DNA of 64,000 bases from an uncultured Planctomycetaceae bacterium (GCA_963976765.1 CAXBME010000005.1:186001-250000); one strand, 5' to 3'. Shown: positions 1 through 9,560, counted from the stretch's first letter. Translations and numbers: made by a program. Notes: generated by a model from the sequence alone, not told the origin.

Positions 1-42
1 CGTCGAGACGCACCCTGCGACGTTCTACAAGAAGGGCGAACC

Positions 43-1398
43 ATGAGTGTCTGGCGACTCGTTCTGCGTGAGATGAAACATCGCAAAGCAAACTTTGTGC
101 TGTCGCTGTTGTCGGTGACGGTCGCAATTGCGTGTCTGGTTGGCGCTCAGACGCTGCTTCGTTCGGACGAGATTCAGACCGAAACGATTCTTTCCGACAA
201 GCAGGCTGAAATTGAATCGGCAATCGCTCAACGCGAAGAGGCTGTCGCTGAGGCCGGCAAAGCTCTGGAAGACTCCGTTCGCAAGGACATGCTCAAACTC
301 GGATTTAACGTGCTAATCGTTCCGGAGAATCAGGACCTGTCCGAGTTGCACCTCGACGGAACGTTGACCGAAACGATGCCGGAAAGTTACGTCGACAAAC
401 TGGCGAACTCAGAAATTGTCACGATCAACCATCTGCTGCCGAGTGTGACAAAACGCGTCAAGTGGGCAGAGAAAGAGATTGATGTGATCGTTCACGGAAC
501 TCGCGGCGAAGTTCCCATCATGCACCGAGGGATAAAGAAGCCGCTGCTGGATGCCGTTCCGCCGGGGACGATGGTCGTTGGCTATCAGGTTCATTCGAAG
601 CTGGGAGTGAAAACCGGCGACAAGGTGACACTGTTCGGTCGTGAGTTCACGGTGAAGACGCTGCATCCGGAACGCGGTTCAACGGACGACGTCACGATCT
701 GGATTGACCTCGCCGAAGCACAACAATTGCTTGGCATGGAAAATGTCATCAACGCAATTCTCGCGCTGGAGTGCGGCTGCACTGGCGATCGAATCAGCCA
801 GATTCGCGAAGAGATAGCCGGCATTCTGCCCGGCACAAACGTGATCGAGAAACATTCTCAGGCACTGACCCGAGCCGAGTCGCGGGCCAAGGCAAAGGTC
901 ATGGCCGAGAACGCTCTGGCGGCTGAACAGAAAGCCGGGCAGGAGACGCTGGCTCGTGAAGCGGCTTCGCGAGCAGAGATCCAGAATCGACGCGCGGGAC
1001 TGGTCGGAATTCTTGTTCCGCTGGTCCTGATCGGCTGCGCGTTGTGGATCGGGTTTCTCGCCTTTGGAAACGTGCGGCAACGATTCAGTGAGATCGGTAT
1101 TCTGCGTGCGATCGGTCTGAGTTCGAATCAGGTACTGGCGATCTTCCTGATCAAAGCTGGGTTGATTGGCTTGATCGGCGGAATTACTGGAGCGGTTGCC
1201 GGAGTACTGATCGGAGTTCAGTTTGGCGGCCTGACCCCGTCGGAAGAAACGTGGCAGCGAATCATTGAAACGGGAGCGGTCCTCACGACCGTCGTGCTGG
1301 CACCATTGCTGGCACCAGTGTTTTCAGCCATTGCCAGCTGGTTGCCGGCACTCGTTGCCGCCCGCCGCGACCCGGCGATCGTTCTTCAGGCTGAGTAA
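43..1398 (+). CDS. ABC transporter permease, MacB/FtsX (LolC/E-like) family
   Basis: N-terminal TM, large periplasmic region, C-terminal TMs with RFSEIGILRAIG and DPAIVL motifs; followed by a LolD-type ATPase. Confidence 0.9.
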   Translation: MSVWRLVLREMKHRKANFVLSLLSVTVAIACLVGAQTLLRSDEIQTETILSDKQAEIESAIAQREEAVAEAGKALEDSVRKDMLKLGFNVLIVPENQDLSELHLDGTLTETMPESYVDKLANSEIVTINHLLPSVTKRVKWAEKEIDVIVHGTRGEVPIMHRGIKKPLLDAVPPGTMVVGYQVHSKLGVKTGDKVTLFGREFTVKTLHPERGSTDDVTIWIDLAEAQQLLGMENVINAILALECGCTGDRISQIREEIAGILPGTNVIEKHSQALTRAESRAKAKVMAENALAAEQKAGQETLAREAASRAEIQNRRAGLVGILVPLVLIGCALWIGFLAFGNVRQRFSEIGILRAIGLSSNQVLAIFLIKAGLIGLIGGITGAVAGVLIGVQFGGLTPSEETWQRIIETGAVLTTVVLAPLLAPVFSAIASWLPALVAARRDPAIVLQAE

Positions 1399-1434
1399 AG
1401 AAGCCGTTCGAAAGCCAACGGAAAGTAAAGACGG

Positions 1435-2106
1435 ATGCTTGTCGAGATTCAGGACGCCAGGAAAACGTACCAGGGCGCGAGCGGTCAGGTGGTCGCCGTT
1501 GACGGCCTCAGCCTGTCGCTTGATGCCGGTAACTTTGTGGCTGTTCAAGGGCCGAGTGGCTGCGGGAAATCAACTTTACTATTGCTCGCTGGTGGCTTGC
1601 TCGCTCCTGAATCGGGCAGCGTCCAGATCGCGGGCGAAAATCCCTACGCGTTATCAGCGGATGCTCGCTCGAAGTTTCGAGCCGAGAATATCGGCTTCGT
1701 CTTTCAGCAGTTTCATCTGGTTCCGTACCTGTCAGTGCTGGACAACGTGCTGGCTCCCAGCATTGCGACCGGCGCGGCAGGTTCTGATCAACGTGCACGT
1801 GAGCTGATCGACCAGTTTGGTTTGTCGCACCGTCTTGAACACACACCTGGCGAACTCAGCAGCGGAGAACGTCAACGAACGGCTCTTGCCCGAGCGATGC
1901 TCAATCAGCCGAAAGTGCTACTCGCCGATGAGCCGACCGGAAACCTTGATGCGGAGAACACTACCGAAGTTCTGAAGCACCTTCGCGAGTTCGCATCGTC
2001 GGGCGGTGTCGTGCTGCTTGTCACACACGATGTTCAGGCGGCCGCAGCAGCTGACCGGGTGATCCATCTCCGCGGTGGAAAGATCGACACTGCAGCCGGA
2101 GCCTGA
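1435..2106 (+). CDS. ABC transporter ATP-binding protein (LolD/MacB-like)
   Basis: Walker A GPSGCGKST, signature LSSGERQR, LLADEPTGNLD. Confidence 0.95.
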   Translation: MLVEIQDARKTYQGASGQVVAVDGLSLSLDAGNFVAVQGPSGCGKSTLLLLAGGLLAPESGSVQIAGENPYALSADARSKFRAENIGFVFQQFHLVPYLSVLDNVLAPSIATGAAGSDQRARELIDQFGLSHRLEHTPGELSSGERQRTALARAMLNQPKVLLADEPTGNLDAENTTEVLKHLREFASSGGVVLLVTHDVQAAAAADRVIHLRGGKIDTAAGA

Positions 2107-2197
2107 TTGTGCAGCCGCTCGCGCCGCGTTGTTGTGATGAGGATCTCAGATTCCTACACTCGAAGGTCTTCAGTTTTAGCCCCGTGAGATACGAATC

Positions 2198-3904
2198 GTG
2201 AAATCGGCAACTACGAAATCCCGTCAATCAAGCCAGTATTCGCACCAGCGTCCGGGGCGAGTCAACGCATTGTGGGCGTTGCTGGCTGGCGGGATCGCTG
2301 TCGTTGGCGTATCGGCACTTCTGTTGTCGAAGGGTGGTCCCGGGCACGCTCCCGAAGGCCAGACTCTGGTCATGTTCTGTGCGGCGGGGATTCGAGTTCC
2401 TGTCGAAGAGGTCGCCACTGAGTACGAAGAAAAGTACGGCGTGCATATCGAGCTGCAGTATGGCGGATCGCAAACTCTGTTGAGTCAGATCAAGGTTGAC
2501 GAACATGGCACGTCCGACCTTTTTCTCGCCGCCGACGACTTCTACACCGACAAGGCTCACGAAGACGGACTGGCCAAAGAAACGCTCTCTATCGCTTACA
2601 TGCGACCGGTAATCGCTGTCCCGAAGGACAACCCAAAGAACATTGAGACGATCCGTGATCTGTTGAAGACTGATGTTCGAGTCTCGCTGGGAAGTCCGGA
2701 GCAGGCTGCCATTGGTCGAGCTGTTCAGAAACGGTTGAAACCTTATCAGGTCGGCGATAGCGATCTGTGGGCGAAGCTCGAAGAACATGTCACCGATGTT
2801 GGAGTTTTCAAACCGACCGTGAACGACGTCGCGAACGACGTGGTCATTGGAACGGCAGACGCGGGTATTGTCTGGGACTCCACCGTTGCCATGCCGAAGT
2901 ATGCCGAAAAGCTGATCGGCATTCCGGTCGACGAGCTGGACGGCGATCCCAACCTCATCAGTATCTGCGTATTGACGTCGTCGACTCAGCCGACCGCAGC
3001 GTTGAAGTTCGCTCGGTACCTGTCGTCACGAGACCGCGGGTTGCCAGTCTTCAAAAAGTACGGCATGCGGCCGGTCGATGGTGACATCTGGGTTGAAAAT
3101 CCTGAGATTACTTTTTACTGCGGAGCGATCAACCGTCGCGCGGTCGCTCAAATTGTGGACGAGTTTGCCGAACGGGAAGGCGTCACGGTGAACACGACTT
3201 ACAACGGTTGCGGCATTCTCACCGGTCAGATGAAGACGTTTGCCGGTCAGAATACGGACCTTGGATTTCCCGACGTCTACATGGCCTGCGACCGTTACTA
3301 CCTCGACAATGTCAAAGAATGGTTTCAGGACGACGCCAACGTTTCGGATGCGGAAATTGTCATCGTCGTTCCGAAGGGCAGCGACAAGGTCAAGACGCCT
3401 GCTGACCTGATCAAACCAGGCGTGCGGGTTTCCATCGGTCAGCCCGAACAGTGCACGATTGGCGCGTTGACCCGGAGACTACTGACTTCGCAGGGGTTGT
3501 ACGAGAAGCTCAAAGAGAAACAGAAATCCGATGGCGAAGTCGTCGTCGAGAAATCTTCTTCGGCGCTGCTGATTCCGGATGTCATCTCCGGTCACGCTGA
3601 CGCAACCGTCGCCTACGTCACCGACACGATCGCAAACCGCAGCGATATCGACATTATCAGGATCGAATCTCCGCTGAATATGGCCATTCAGCCATTCAGC
3701 ATTGCGCGGACGAGCGTTCACAAGCATCTCGTCAGACGGCTTTTTGCTCGCGTCGCTGAATCGAAAGATTCGTTCGAGAAAGCAGGCTTCCGGTTTCGAC
3801 TGGGAGTGGACCAGGTGGAAAGCGGCGACGTTGAACATCCATCGCCCGCTGCCCTCACGCCAGAAGCCGAAGCCACCTCAACCAGCGAAACCGACGCATC
3901 GTGA
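2198..3904 (+). CDS. modA: Molybdate-type ABC substrate-binding protein with two tandem ModA-like domains
   Basis: N-terminal TM; domain 1 FCAAGIR...YGGSQTLLSQI...DLFLAAD; domain 2 FYCGAIN...YNGCGILTGQM...PDVYMACD; precedes modB/modC. Confidence 0.85.
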   Translation: MKSATTKSRQSSQYSHQRPGRVNALWALLAGGIAVVGVSALLLSKGGPGHAPEGQTLVMFCAAGIRVPVEEVATEYEEKYGVHIELQYGGSQTLLSQIKVDEHGTSDLFLAADDFYTDKAHEDGLAKETLSIAYMRPVIAVPKDNPKNIETIRDLLKTDVRVSLGSPEQAAIGRAVQKRLKPYQVGDSDLWAKLEEHVTDVGVFKPTVNDVANDVVIGTADAGIVWDSTVAMPKYAEKLIGIPVDELDGDPNLISICVLTSSTQPTAALKFARYLSSRDRGLPVFKKYGMRPVDGDIWVENPEITFYCGAINRRAVAQIVDEFAEREGVTVNTTYNGCGILTGQMKTFAGQNTDLGFPDVYMACDRYYLDNVKEWFQDDANVSDAEIVIVVPKGSDKVKTPADLIKPGVRVSIGQPEQCTIGALTRRLLTSQGLYEKLKEKQKSDGEVVVEKSSSALLIPDVISGHADATVAYVTDTIANRSDIDIIRIESPLNMAIQPFSIARTSVHKHLVRRLFARVAESKDSFEKAGFRFRLGVDQVESGDVEHPSPAALTPEAEATSTSETDAS

Positions 3905-4845
3905 GTTCGACTCCGCCTACCTCAGAAGGTCATGGATCATTCCCTGAATCTTCAGCAGAAGGTCACGCCCCAGCTCCCGGACGTGAGCCGAGTGCGTCGC
4001 AGATTGGTATTTCGAACGCTGTCTTCTATGCGCTGTTTGTGGTCATGGGCGGAACTTACGTCGTACTGATAGTTGGCATGCTGATTGCCGACGCCGCTTA
4101 CATGACGGAAAAGACTTTCGACGGAATCACCAGCGAAGGGCGGTCACTGCTCAGTGTGATTTCGCATAACCCAATCTCGACGGCATTGGCCGACAAGCGA
4201 ATTCAGCATTCAATCTGGTTGAGCTTAATTTCCTGCACAATGTCGGCGGTCATCTCGGTCATGATCGCAATTCCGATGGGCTATCTCATCTCGCGGCACG
4301 ATTTTCGTGGCAAGCGATTGCTGGACGCCGTGCTTGATATTCCGATCGTTCTTCCGCCGCTTGTCATTGGGCTAAGTCTGTTGATCCTGTTTCAGTTTCC
4401 GCCCTTCCGGTGGATTGCTCGTGATGTTGTTTATCAGGTTCCGTCGGTTGTGCTGGCTCAGTTTTCAGTCGCCTGTGCGTTTGCCGTTCGAACCATGAAA
4501 GCGACGTTCGACCACATCAATCCTCGCTGTGAAGACGTTGCGATCACGCTCGGCTGCAGCCGTGCTCAGGCATTTGGCTGGGTGTTGCTTCCGGAAGCTG
4601 AACGAGGAATTCTGACGGCGTTCACACTTGCGTGGGCGAGGTCGCTCGGCGAATTCGGGCCGCTGCTGATTTTCTCCGGGGCAACTCGAATGAAGACTGA
4701 AGTTCTCTCAACCAGCGTGTTTCTCGAAATGAATGTCGGCGACATTGAAGCCGCCGTCGCCGTTTCCTTCATCATGGTCATGGCCGCGGTTGTGGTGCTC
4801 ATTCTGACTCGGATGATCGGTTCAAATCATCACGCGATCCAATGA
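3901..4845 (+). CDS. modB: Molybdate ABC transporter permease
   Basis: DIPIVLPPLVIG and LAWARSLGEFG motifs; overlaps modA stop (GTGA). Confidence 0.88.
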   Translation: MSSTPPTSEGHGSFPESSAEGHAPAPGREPSASQIGISNAVFYALFVVMGGTYVVLIVGMLIADAAYMTEKTFDGITSEGRSLLSVISHNPISTALADKRIQHSIWLSLISCTMSAVISVMIAIPMGYLISRHDFRGKRLLDAVLDIPIVLPPLVIGLSLLILFQFPPFRWIARDVVYQVPSVVLAQFSVACAFAVRTMKATFDHINPRCEDVAITLGCSRAQAFGWVLLPEAERGILTAFTLAWARSLGEFGPLLIFSGATRMKTEVLSTSVFLEMNVGDIEAAVAVSFIMVMAAVVVLILTRMIGSNHHAIQ

Positions 4846-4854
4846 TTTAACAGC

Positions 4855-5505
4855 ATGATTCAGATCGAAAACCTTTCTGTACGAGCCGGAGATTTCCGCA
4901 TTCAGAACGTGTCGCTGACCGTTCCGAGTGGAAGGTACGGAGTGCTGATGGGCAAAACCGGGTCGGGCAAGACGACGATTCTGGAAACGGTACTCGGGCT
5001 TCGTGACGCCAGCATGGGACGCATCGTCCTGGGCGATCTGGACGTAACGGGGCTTAACCCGGCTGTTCGGGGAGTTGGCTATGTCCCTCAGGACGGCGCA
5101 CTGTTTTCGTCGATGACCGTGCGGGATCACCTGGATTTCGCATTGATGATTCGCAAGACGCCAAAGCCAGCTTGTCAGCAGCGAGTCGAAGAGCTGGCCG
5201 AACTGCTTGGTATCGAAAATCTGCTTGACCGCAAACCTCACGGCCTGAGCGGAGGAGAAAGGCAACGTGTTGCCCTCGGTCGAGCCTTGTCGTTTCAGCC
5301 GAAGGTGCTTTGCCTGGACGAACCATTGAGCGCACTGGACGACGACACTCGTGTCAGGATGTGCGACCTGCTGAGCGACGTTCAGAAGAAAACGGGCACG
5401 ACAACTCTGCATGTCACGCATAATCGTGACGAAGCCGAGCGACTGGCCGACTACCTGTTCCGCATCAGGGACGGACAGATTCAGCAGGTTCGACCGGAGT
5501 CGTGA
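4855..5505 (+). CDS. modC: Molybdate/sulfate-type ABC ATP-binding protein without TOBE extension
   Basis: GKTGSGKTT, GYVPQDGALF, LSGGERQR, LDEPLSALD. Confidence 0.8.
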   Translation: MIQIENLSVRAGDFRIQNVSLTVPSGRYGVLMGKTGSGKTTILETVLGLRDASMGRIVLGDLDVTGLNPAVRGVGYVPQDGALFSSMTVRDHLDFALMIRKTPKPACQQRVEELAELLGIENLLDRKPHGLSGGERQRVALGRALSFQPKVLCLDEPLSALDDDTRVRMCDLLSDVQKKTGTTTLHVTHNRDEAERLADYLFRIRDGQIQQVRPES

Positions 5506-5583
5506 TCCTGCCGATTGACAGAGTTCAGCAGCTCATTCACGCTACGCTGTCGTCAGAATAAATTGCTGGAACGAGGTCGAAGC

Positions 5584-5862
5584 ATGGTCGTCACGGTCGA
5601 ATACACCGCTCAACTGAAGCGAGCGTCAGGCTCTGCCCGAGAAGATTTTGAACTGGCCGAGTCCAGTTCGATGATCGACCTCGTCAACGCCATCTCCGAT
5701 CGACACGGCGACGAATTAACCCGCATGCTGAAGACAGCCGACGGTGCTCCGCAGACAACGATTATCCCGTTCGTCGGTGATGATCAGGTTCGCTGGGATG
5801 CTTCGGACGTCTTGCGAGATGGAGTTACGGTGACACTCCTTGCACCGATTTCTGGCGGATGA
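5584..5862 (+). CDS. MoaD/ThiS-family ubiquitin-like sulfur carrier
   Basis: ~92 aa from ATG 5584, ending LLAPISGG (C-terminal di-Gly). Confidence 0.9.
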   Translation: MVVTVEYTAQLKRASGSAREDFELAESSSMIDLVNAISDRHGDELTRMLKTADGAPQTTIIPFVGDDQVRWDASDVLRDGVTVTLLAPISGG

Positions 5863-5976
5863 CAGCCTGTTGAAAAGTGTGCCACTGGCTCTGCCAGTGT
5901 TAAGGAGACATCGCAAAAACACTGGCAGTGCCAGTGGCACATAGAAATTCATAGAGTTCCTGTTTTCGACAGTCCG
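5863..5976. repeat. REP-like palindromic element (family A) with degenerate outer inverted ends
   Basis: Arms TGTGCCACTGGCTCTGCCAGTGTT (5878-5901) and AACACTGGCAGTGCCAGTGGCACA (5918-5941), 1 mismatch; outer CAGCCTGTTGAAAA / TTTTCGACAGTCCG (11/14). Confidence 0.85.
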
Positions 5977-6021
5977 CTGGTTCAGACAACGATAGATGAT
6001 GTGGAGAATCGTGAGTTCGCA

Positions 6022-6774
6022 ATGCCTGATCCTCGACCGCTGAACGACGAAGAGAAAGCCACCTACGAGTGGCAAATCTGGGTGGATGATTTTCGCGAAG
6101 CTGGCCAGGAAAAATTGAAAGGAGCCTCGGTCCTGGTATCGCGGGTCGGTGGTCTTGGCAGCGTCGTTGCGTATGAGCTGGCGGCGGCAGGCGTCGGTAA
6201 GCTGGTGCTCGCTCACGCCGGAAACGTGAAACGCAGCGATCTCAACCGTCAGCTCCTGATGACGCATGACTGGCTTGCGAAGCCTCGCGTCGAGTCTGCC
6301 GCGCGAAGGCTCAAAGAGCTCAACCCGCGACTCGAAATCGTCGCTGTCGGTGAGAATGTTTCGGAAGAGAATGCCGAGTCATTGGTCGGTCAGGCCGATC
6401 TTGTCGTGGACTGCGCGCCGCTGTTTCAGGAACGGTTCGCCATGAACCGGCAGGCCGTCCTTCAGAACAAGCCAATCATCGAGTGTGCGATGTACGATCT
6501 CGAAGCTCAAATCACGACGGTGATTCCAGGAGAGACACCATGTCTCGCTTGTCTCTTTCCTGAGCAGCCACCTGAATGGCGCCGCGAGTTTCCGGTCTTT
6601 GGCGCGGTCTCCGGAACGGTCGGCTGCATGGCGGCGATGGAAGCGATCAAGGTTCTGGCCGGTTTTGGAGAACCGCTGACTGGCTCGCTGCTGACGTTCG
6701 ATCTTCGCGATATGCAGTTTGCCAGGCGCCGAGTTCTGCGAAATCCTGAATGTCGAGTCTGCGGTGGCGTGTGA
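6022..6774 (+). CDS. HesA/MoeB/ThiF family E1-like adenylyltransferase (HesA-like)
   Basis: GQEKLKGASVLVSRVGGLG, SDLNRQ, CLAC and CRVC Zn motifs; start ATG 6022 or GTG 6001. Confidence 0.9.
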   Translation: MPDPRPLNDEEKATYEWQIWVDDFREAGQEKLKGASVLVSRVGGLGSVVAYELAAAGVGKLVLAHAGNVKRSDLNRQLLMTHDWLAKPRVESAARRLKELNPRLEIVAVGENVSEENAESLVGQADLVVDCAPLFQERFAMNRQAVLQNKPIIECAMYDLEAQITTVIPGETPCLACLFPEQPPEWRREFPVFGAVSGTVGCMAAMEAIKVLAGFGEPLTGSLLTFDLRDMQFARRRVLRNPECRVCGGV

Positions 6775-6814
6775 GTCACGAGCCGGTCGTCTAGCTGGTC
6801 TCTGTTTAATGTGG

Positions 6815-6891
6815 CTACGGATAAATCGGATTAGCACGGATTGTCGAGGATGCTCGATAAGGTCATCCGTACCTCTCCGTGAAATCAGCGG
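6815..6891. repeat. Degenerate palindrome (family B, CACGGAT...ATCCGT type) between convergent genes
   Basis: CTACGGATAAATCGGATTAGCACGGAT ... ATCCGTACCTCTCCGTGAAATCAGCGG. Confidence 0.55.
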
Positions 6892-6893
6892 TT

Positions 6894-8198
6894 CTATTCC
6901 TTGAGCGGAGTTGGCTCGACGATCGGGATTCTGGAAAGGGCGATGGGAACTTCGACGTTGATCAGCAGCGTCGGGGCGACATAAACGAAGTCCCATTCTG
7001 CGGGATCGGATGACAGATCTTCGAAGCGGTATTCGATGGCGACGGAACCGTCTCCCTGATGGAGTGTTGTGAAGCCGCCGTTGGGGCTGTGCTGTTTTCC
7101 GTTCGGATCGACCAGGTAAACACGATTGTGGAAGACCCATGTCTGGTGAGACTCGAAGGCGTGTGCTCCGAGGTCGTAGCTGACCTGAAGCCGGACACGG
7201 GCGTTGTGATGTTCTGGTCTGGATCCTTCATAGCCGACTTCATGAACGGTGACCGTTACGCCGCCTCGTCGACGTGACACCCGTTTCGCAAGGTTTAGAT
7301 TGCGGAATGAAACTGGTTGCTCGCTGGCAGCGATCAGCAGGTTTACTTTCCCGTTAAGCGACGCATTCTTTGTGAGCGGCATTGACGAAAGAAAATTCAG
7401 AGCGAGTCCCGCTTCACGCCCGCCGTTGCCGAGCGGGACCTCGATGCTGGCTCCGGTATTGAATGGTCCGATCCTGATGTCGCCATCTCCGCGTACAAGG
7501 TTGAAGTCGTTCGTTCTGTACGTCAGAAAAAGTGGTCGCAAGCGAGGTTCGCAGAGGATTCGAAGTTCGGTACTCAGCAGAGTCTCCGAATCATCAATGC
7601 CTCGTCGCGACTGCAACGGCCACGCCTCGATCCAGAAGGAGCGGTCGATTGTCGTTACCGACTCAGAACGTTTCGCCTCGTGGGACTGCAACGTTAGCAG
7701 GCCGGTTTCTTTGTCGAAGCTCGCCGCAAGGTTCTGACTTTCGAGTTCGCCAAGGGCTGACCAGAACGACGCGTTTTCAAGTTTCAAAGTGCTTCGTTGA
7801 CTGAGCTGTTGTTTGGAAAGCCCGGCGGTCGAGACGGAGTTGCCGGTTTGCTTCTCAATTTCCCGAACGATCTCTTCGACTGAAAAGTTACCCGCCAGAG
7901 TCACGGTCGATGGCCGCAGCGATTGCTCGGCGGCGTCATGTTCCAGGCGAACGCGAACGCGGCGGATGGCAACACGGACGGATGCCGACTCAAGCAGGTC
8001 GGGCGGAGGGAGCAGCGGCAGGATCGCAGGCCCAAGCTGTAACAATGCCTGTTCGGCGGTGGTTCGGTCTGCACGCGATGCAGCGGCGAGTTGTTTGATC
8101 TGTGCTCGAACCTGCGAGCGGACATCCGGCTCAGCGGCAGTGACTTCTTTCCAGCTGACCGAATTCAGAATCAATGAAATGCCAGCGATAATTTCCAT
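6894..8198 (-). CDS. Hypothetical exported protein (helical N-terminal region, STN-like segment)
   Basis: Long ORF. Upstream extension to 8414 overlaps the previous gene and a repeat, so the start is placed at ATG 8198 (uncertain). Confidence 0.65.
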   Translation of the reverse strand: MEIIAGISLILNSVSWKEVTAAEPDVRSQVRAQIKQLAAASRADRTTAEQALLQLGPAILPLLPPPDLLESASVRVAIRRVRVRLEHDAAEQSLRPSTVTLAGNFSVEEIVREIEKQTGNSVSTAGLSKQQLSQRSTLKLENASFWSALGELESQNLAASFDKETGLLTLQSHEAKRSESVTTIDRSFWIEAWPLQSRRGIDDSETLLSTELRILCEPRLRPLFLTYRTNDFNLVRGDGDIRIGPFNTGASIEVPLGNGGREAGLALNFLSSMPLTKNASLNGKVNLLIAASEQPVSFRNLNLAKRVSRRRGGVTVTVHEVGYEGSRPEHHNARVRLQVSYDLGAHAFESHQTWVFHNRVYLVDPNGKQHSPNGGFTTLHQGDGSVAIEYRFEDLSSDPAEWDFVYVAPTLLINVEVPIALSRIPIVEPTPLKE

Positions 8199-8230
8199 AA
8201 TCCGTTGGCGCGGCAGCCTTTTGAAGAGTA

Positions 8231-8291
8231 TGCCAGTGCTTTCTCCAGTCCGCCTGTCTGGAGATATTTGCACTGGCAAAGCCAGTGGCAC
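8231..8291. repeat. REP-like family A copy with truncated left arm
   Basis: TGCCAGTGC ... GCACTGGCAAAGCCAGTGGCAC with inner TCTCCAG/CTGGAGA stem. Confidence 0.8.
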
Positions 8292-8319
8292 CCACGGTGC
8301 AACAATTCGGAAGACAGAA

Positions 8320-8997
8320 CTATCTTCGGCCTCGGGACGCGCGATAGCCGTACTCGATGGCGAACCAGTTGGCGTATCGCTCTCTCGCGTTCTGGTTGCG
8401 GTTGCGGGTGTCATTGACGTGGCCGATCTCGTGGATCAGGACGTTGTTCAAGTAGAAGTCGCGCAGAGCGTGCTCTGTCCAGGAAAGTCTCCACAGCTCG
8501 CCGTCCTGAGTCCACACTCCGCCATACATTTTTGCCTCGACGACCTGTTCGGGTCTGGGCGGACGAGTGTACGTTTCGACGAGCGACTCTTCGATCGGGT
8601 AGAGATAAACGTTCGGGCCCCATTGCAAACCGTAGCAAGGGAAGATCGAACGCTTGCGAGTCATCCTGGCCAGTTCAACGACTTCGATGTTCTGCCGAAA
8701 CTGAGCCGGAAGTTGCTCAACGCGATCGCAAACTTCTTTGATTGTCACCGGGTGGATGTAGCCAGCGCCGGGGTCGCGACGATAAATCTGGATGACGTCG
8801 GAGTCAGACGGTTCGTACCACTGATCCTGAGCGTAAAAGTGGTTGCTTCGAAGACTGCGGTCGGAGCCTCGCTGCCGGAATGCTCCGGCAGGCCGTCCGG
8901 TGGAAGCTCGACTCCGTTCGGAGACCTGGCGTGGCGTGGCTTTCCGATTGTTCGATTTCTTTCCTGGTTGTCTTTCCCGCGGTTGCCGTCTGCTCAT
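8320..8997 (-). CDS. Hypothetical protein with zincin-like HExxH motif
   Basis: NNVLIHEIGH followed by RERYAN (possible third ligand); basic low-complexity N-terminus. Confidence 0.7.
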   Translation of the reverse strand: MSRRQPRERQPGKKSNNRKATPRQVSERSRASTGRPAGAFRQRGSDRSLRSNHFYAQDQWYEPSDSDVIQIYRRDPGAGYIHPVTIKEVCDRVEQLPAQFRQNIEVVELARMTRKRSIFPCYGLQWGPNVYLYPIEESLVETYTRPPRPEQVVEAKMYGGVWTQDGELWRLSWTEHALRDFYLNNVLIHEIGHVNDTRNRNQNARERYANWFAIEYGYRASRGRR

Positions 8998-9560
8998 AGC
9001 CGGTGCCTTTCTTTCAGGCGCTGAGCGATCGTGAAACCGCTACTGGCCAACAAGGTCTCGGTGAGCCCTCCATGACATCCGACGTGTTGTCCTGACTTCT
9101 TGTTTGCTCTGCACTGCCGAGAGGCGATGTTCAGTAATCGCCGACTCCCCTACGCATTTGATCGACCTATCGTGGGGGTGGACGTAGAGATCCGCAAGCT
9201 GAACAGTCTTCGAACAGGATTTCACTCTCGTTGGCTGTCGGTGTCTTTGTAACCTGTCTGGAGATAGTCGGTTAGGTCACAAAGGTTGTCGTGCGTCGCG
9301 AATTGGCGATGGGGCGATTACCCATTACTGCGGCAGATTCGTCGTCGCAAGCTGTGGAGCTGCCGTGAGATCCGTCATTCTGGAGTGTTCAGTAGTCGAA
9401 GAGCGAACTCAAATGTCGAATGATCGGGCGATCGGCAACAAACGGGTTGCCTGAACCTGCCCGGAATGGCGGATTCGGCGAGCGGCGGTAGCCTTGCAGG
9501 CTGCACGTCGTGACTGACCATTCAAATCGACCCATTTTACGCAGTCGTCAGCTGTGACCG

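Noticed and set aside
8199..8414. N-terminal extension of the 506-aa ORF
   Set aside because: Overlaps the upstream gene's 3' end and translates a REP arm (WVPLALPV); probably not coding
7813..9024. 403-aa + strand ORF
   Set aside because: Antisense shadow of two minus-strand genes; no recognisable motifs
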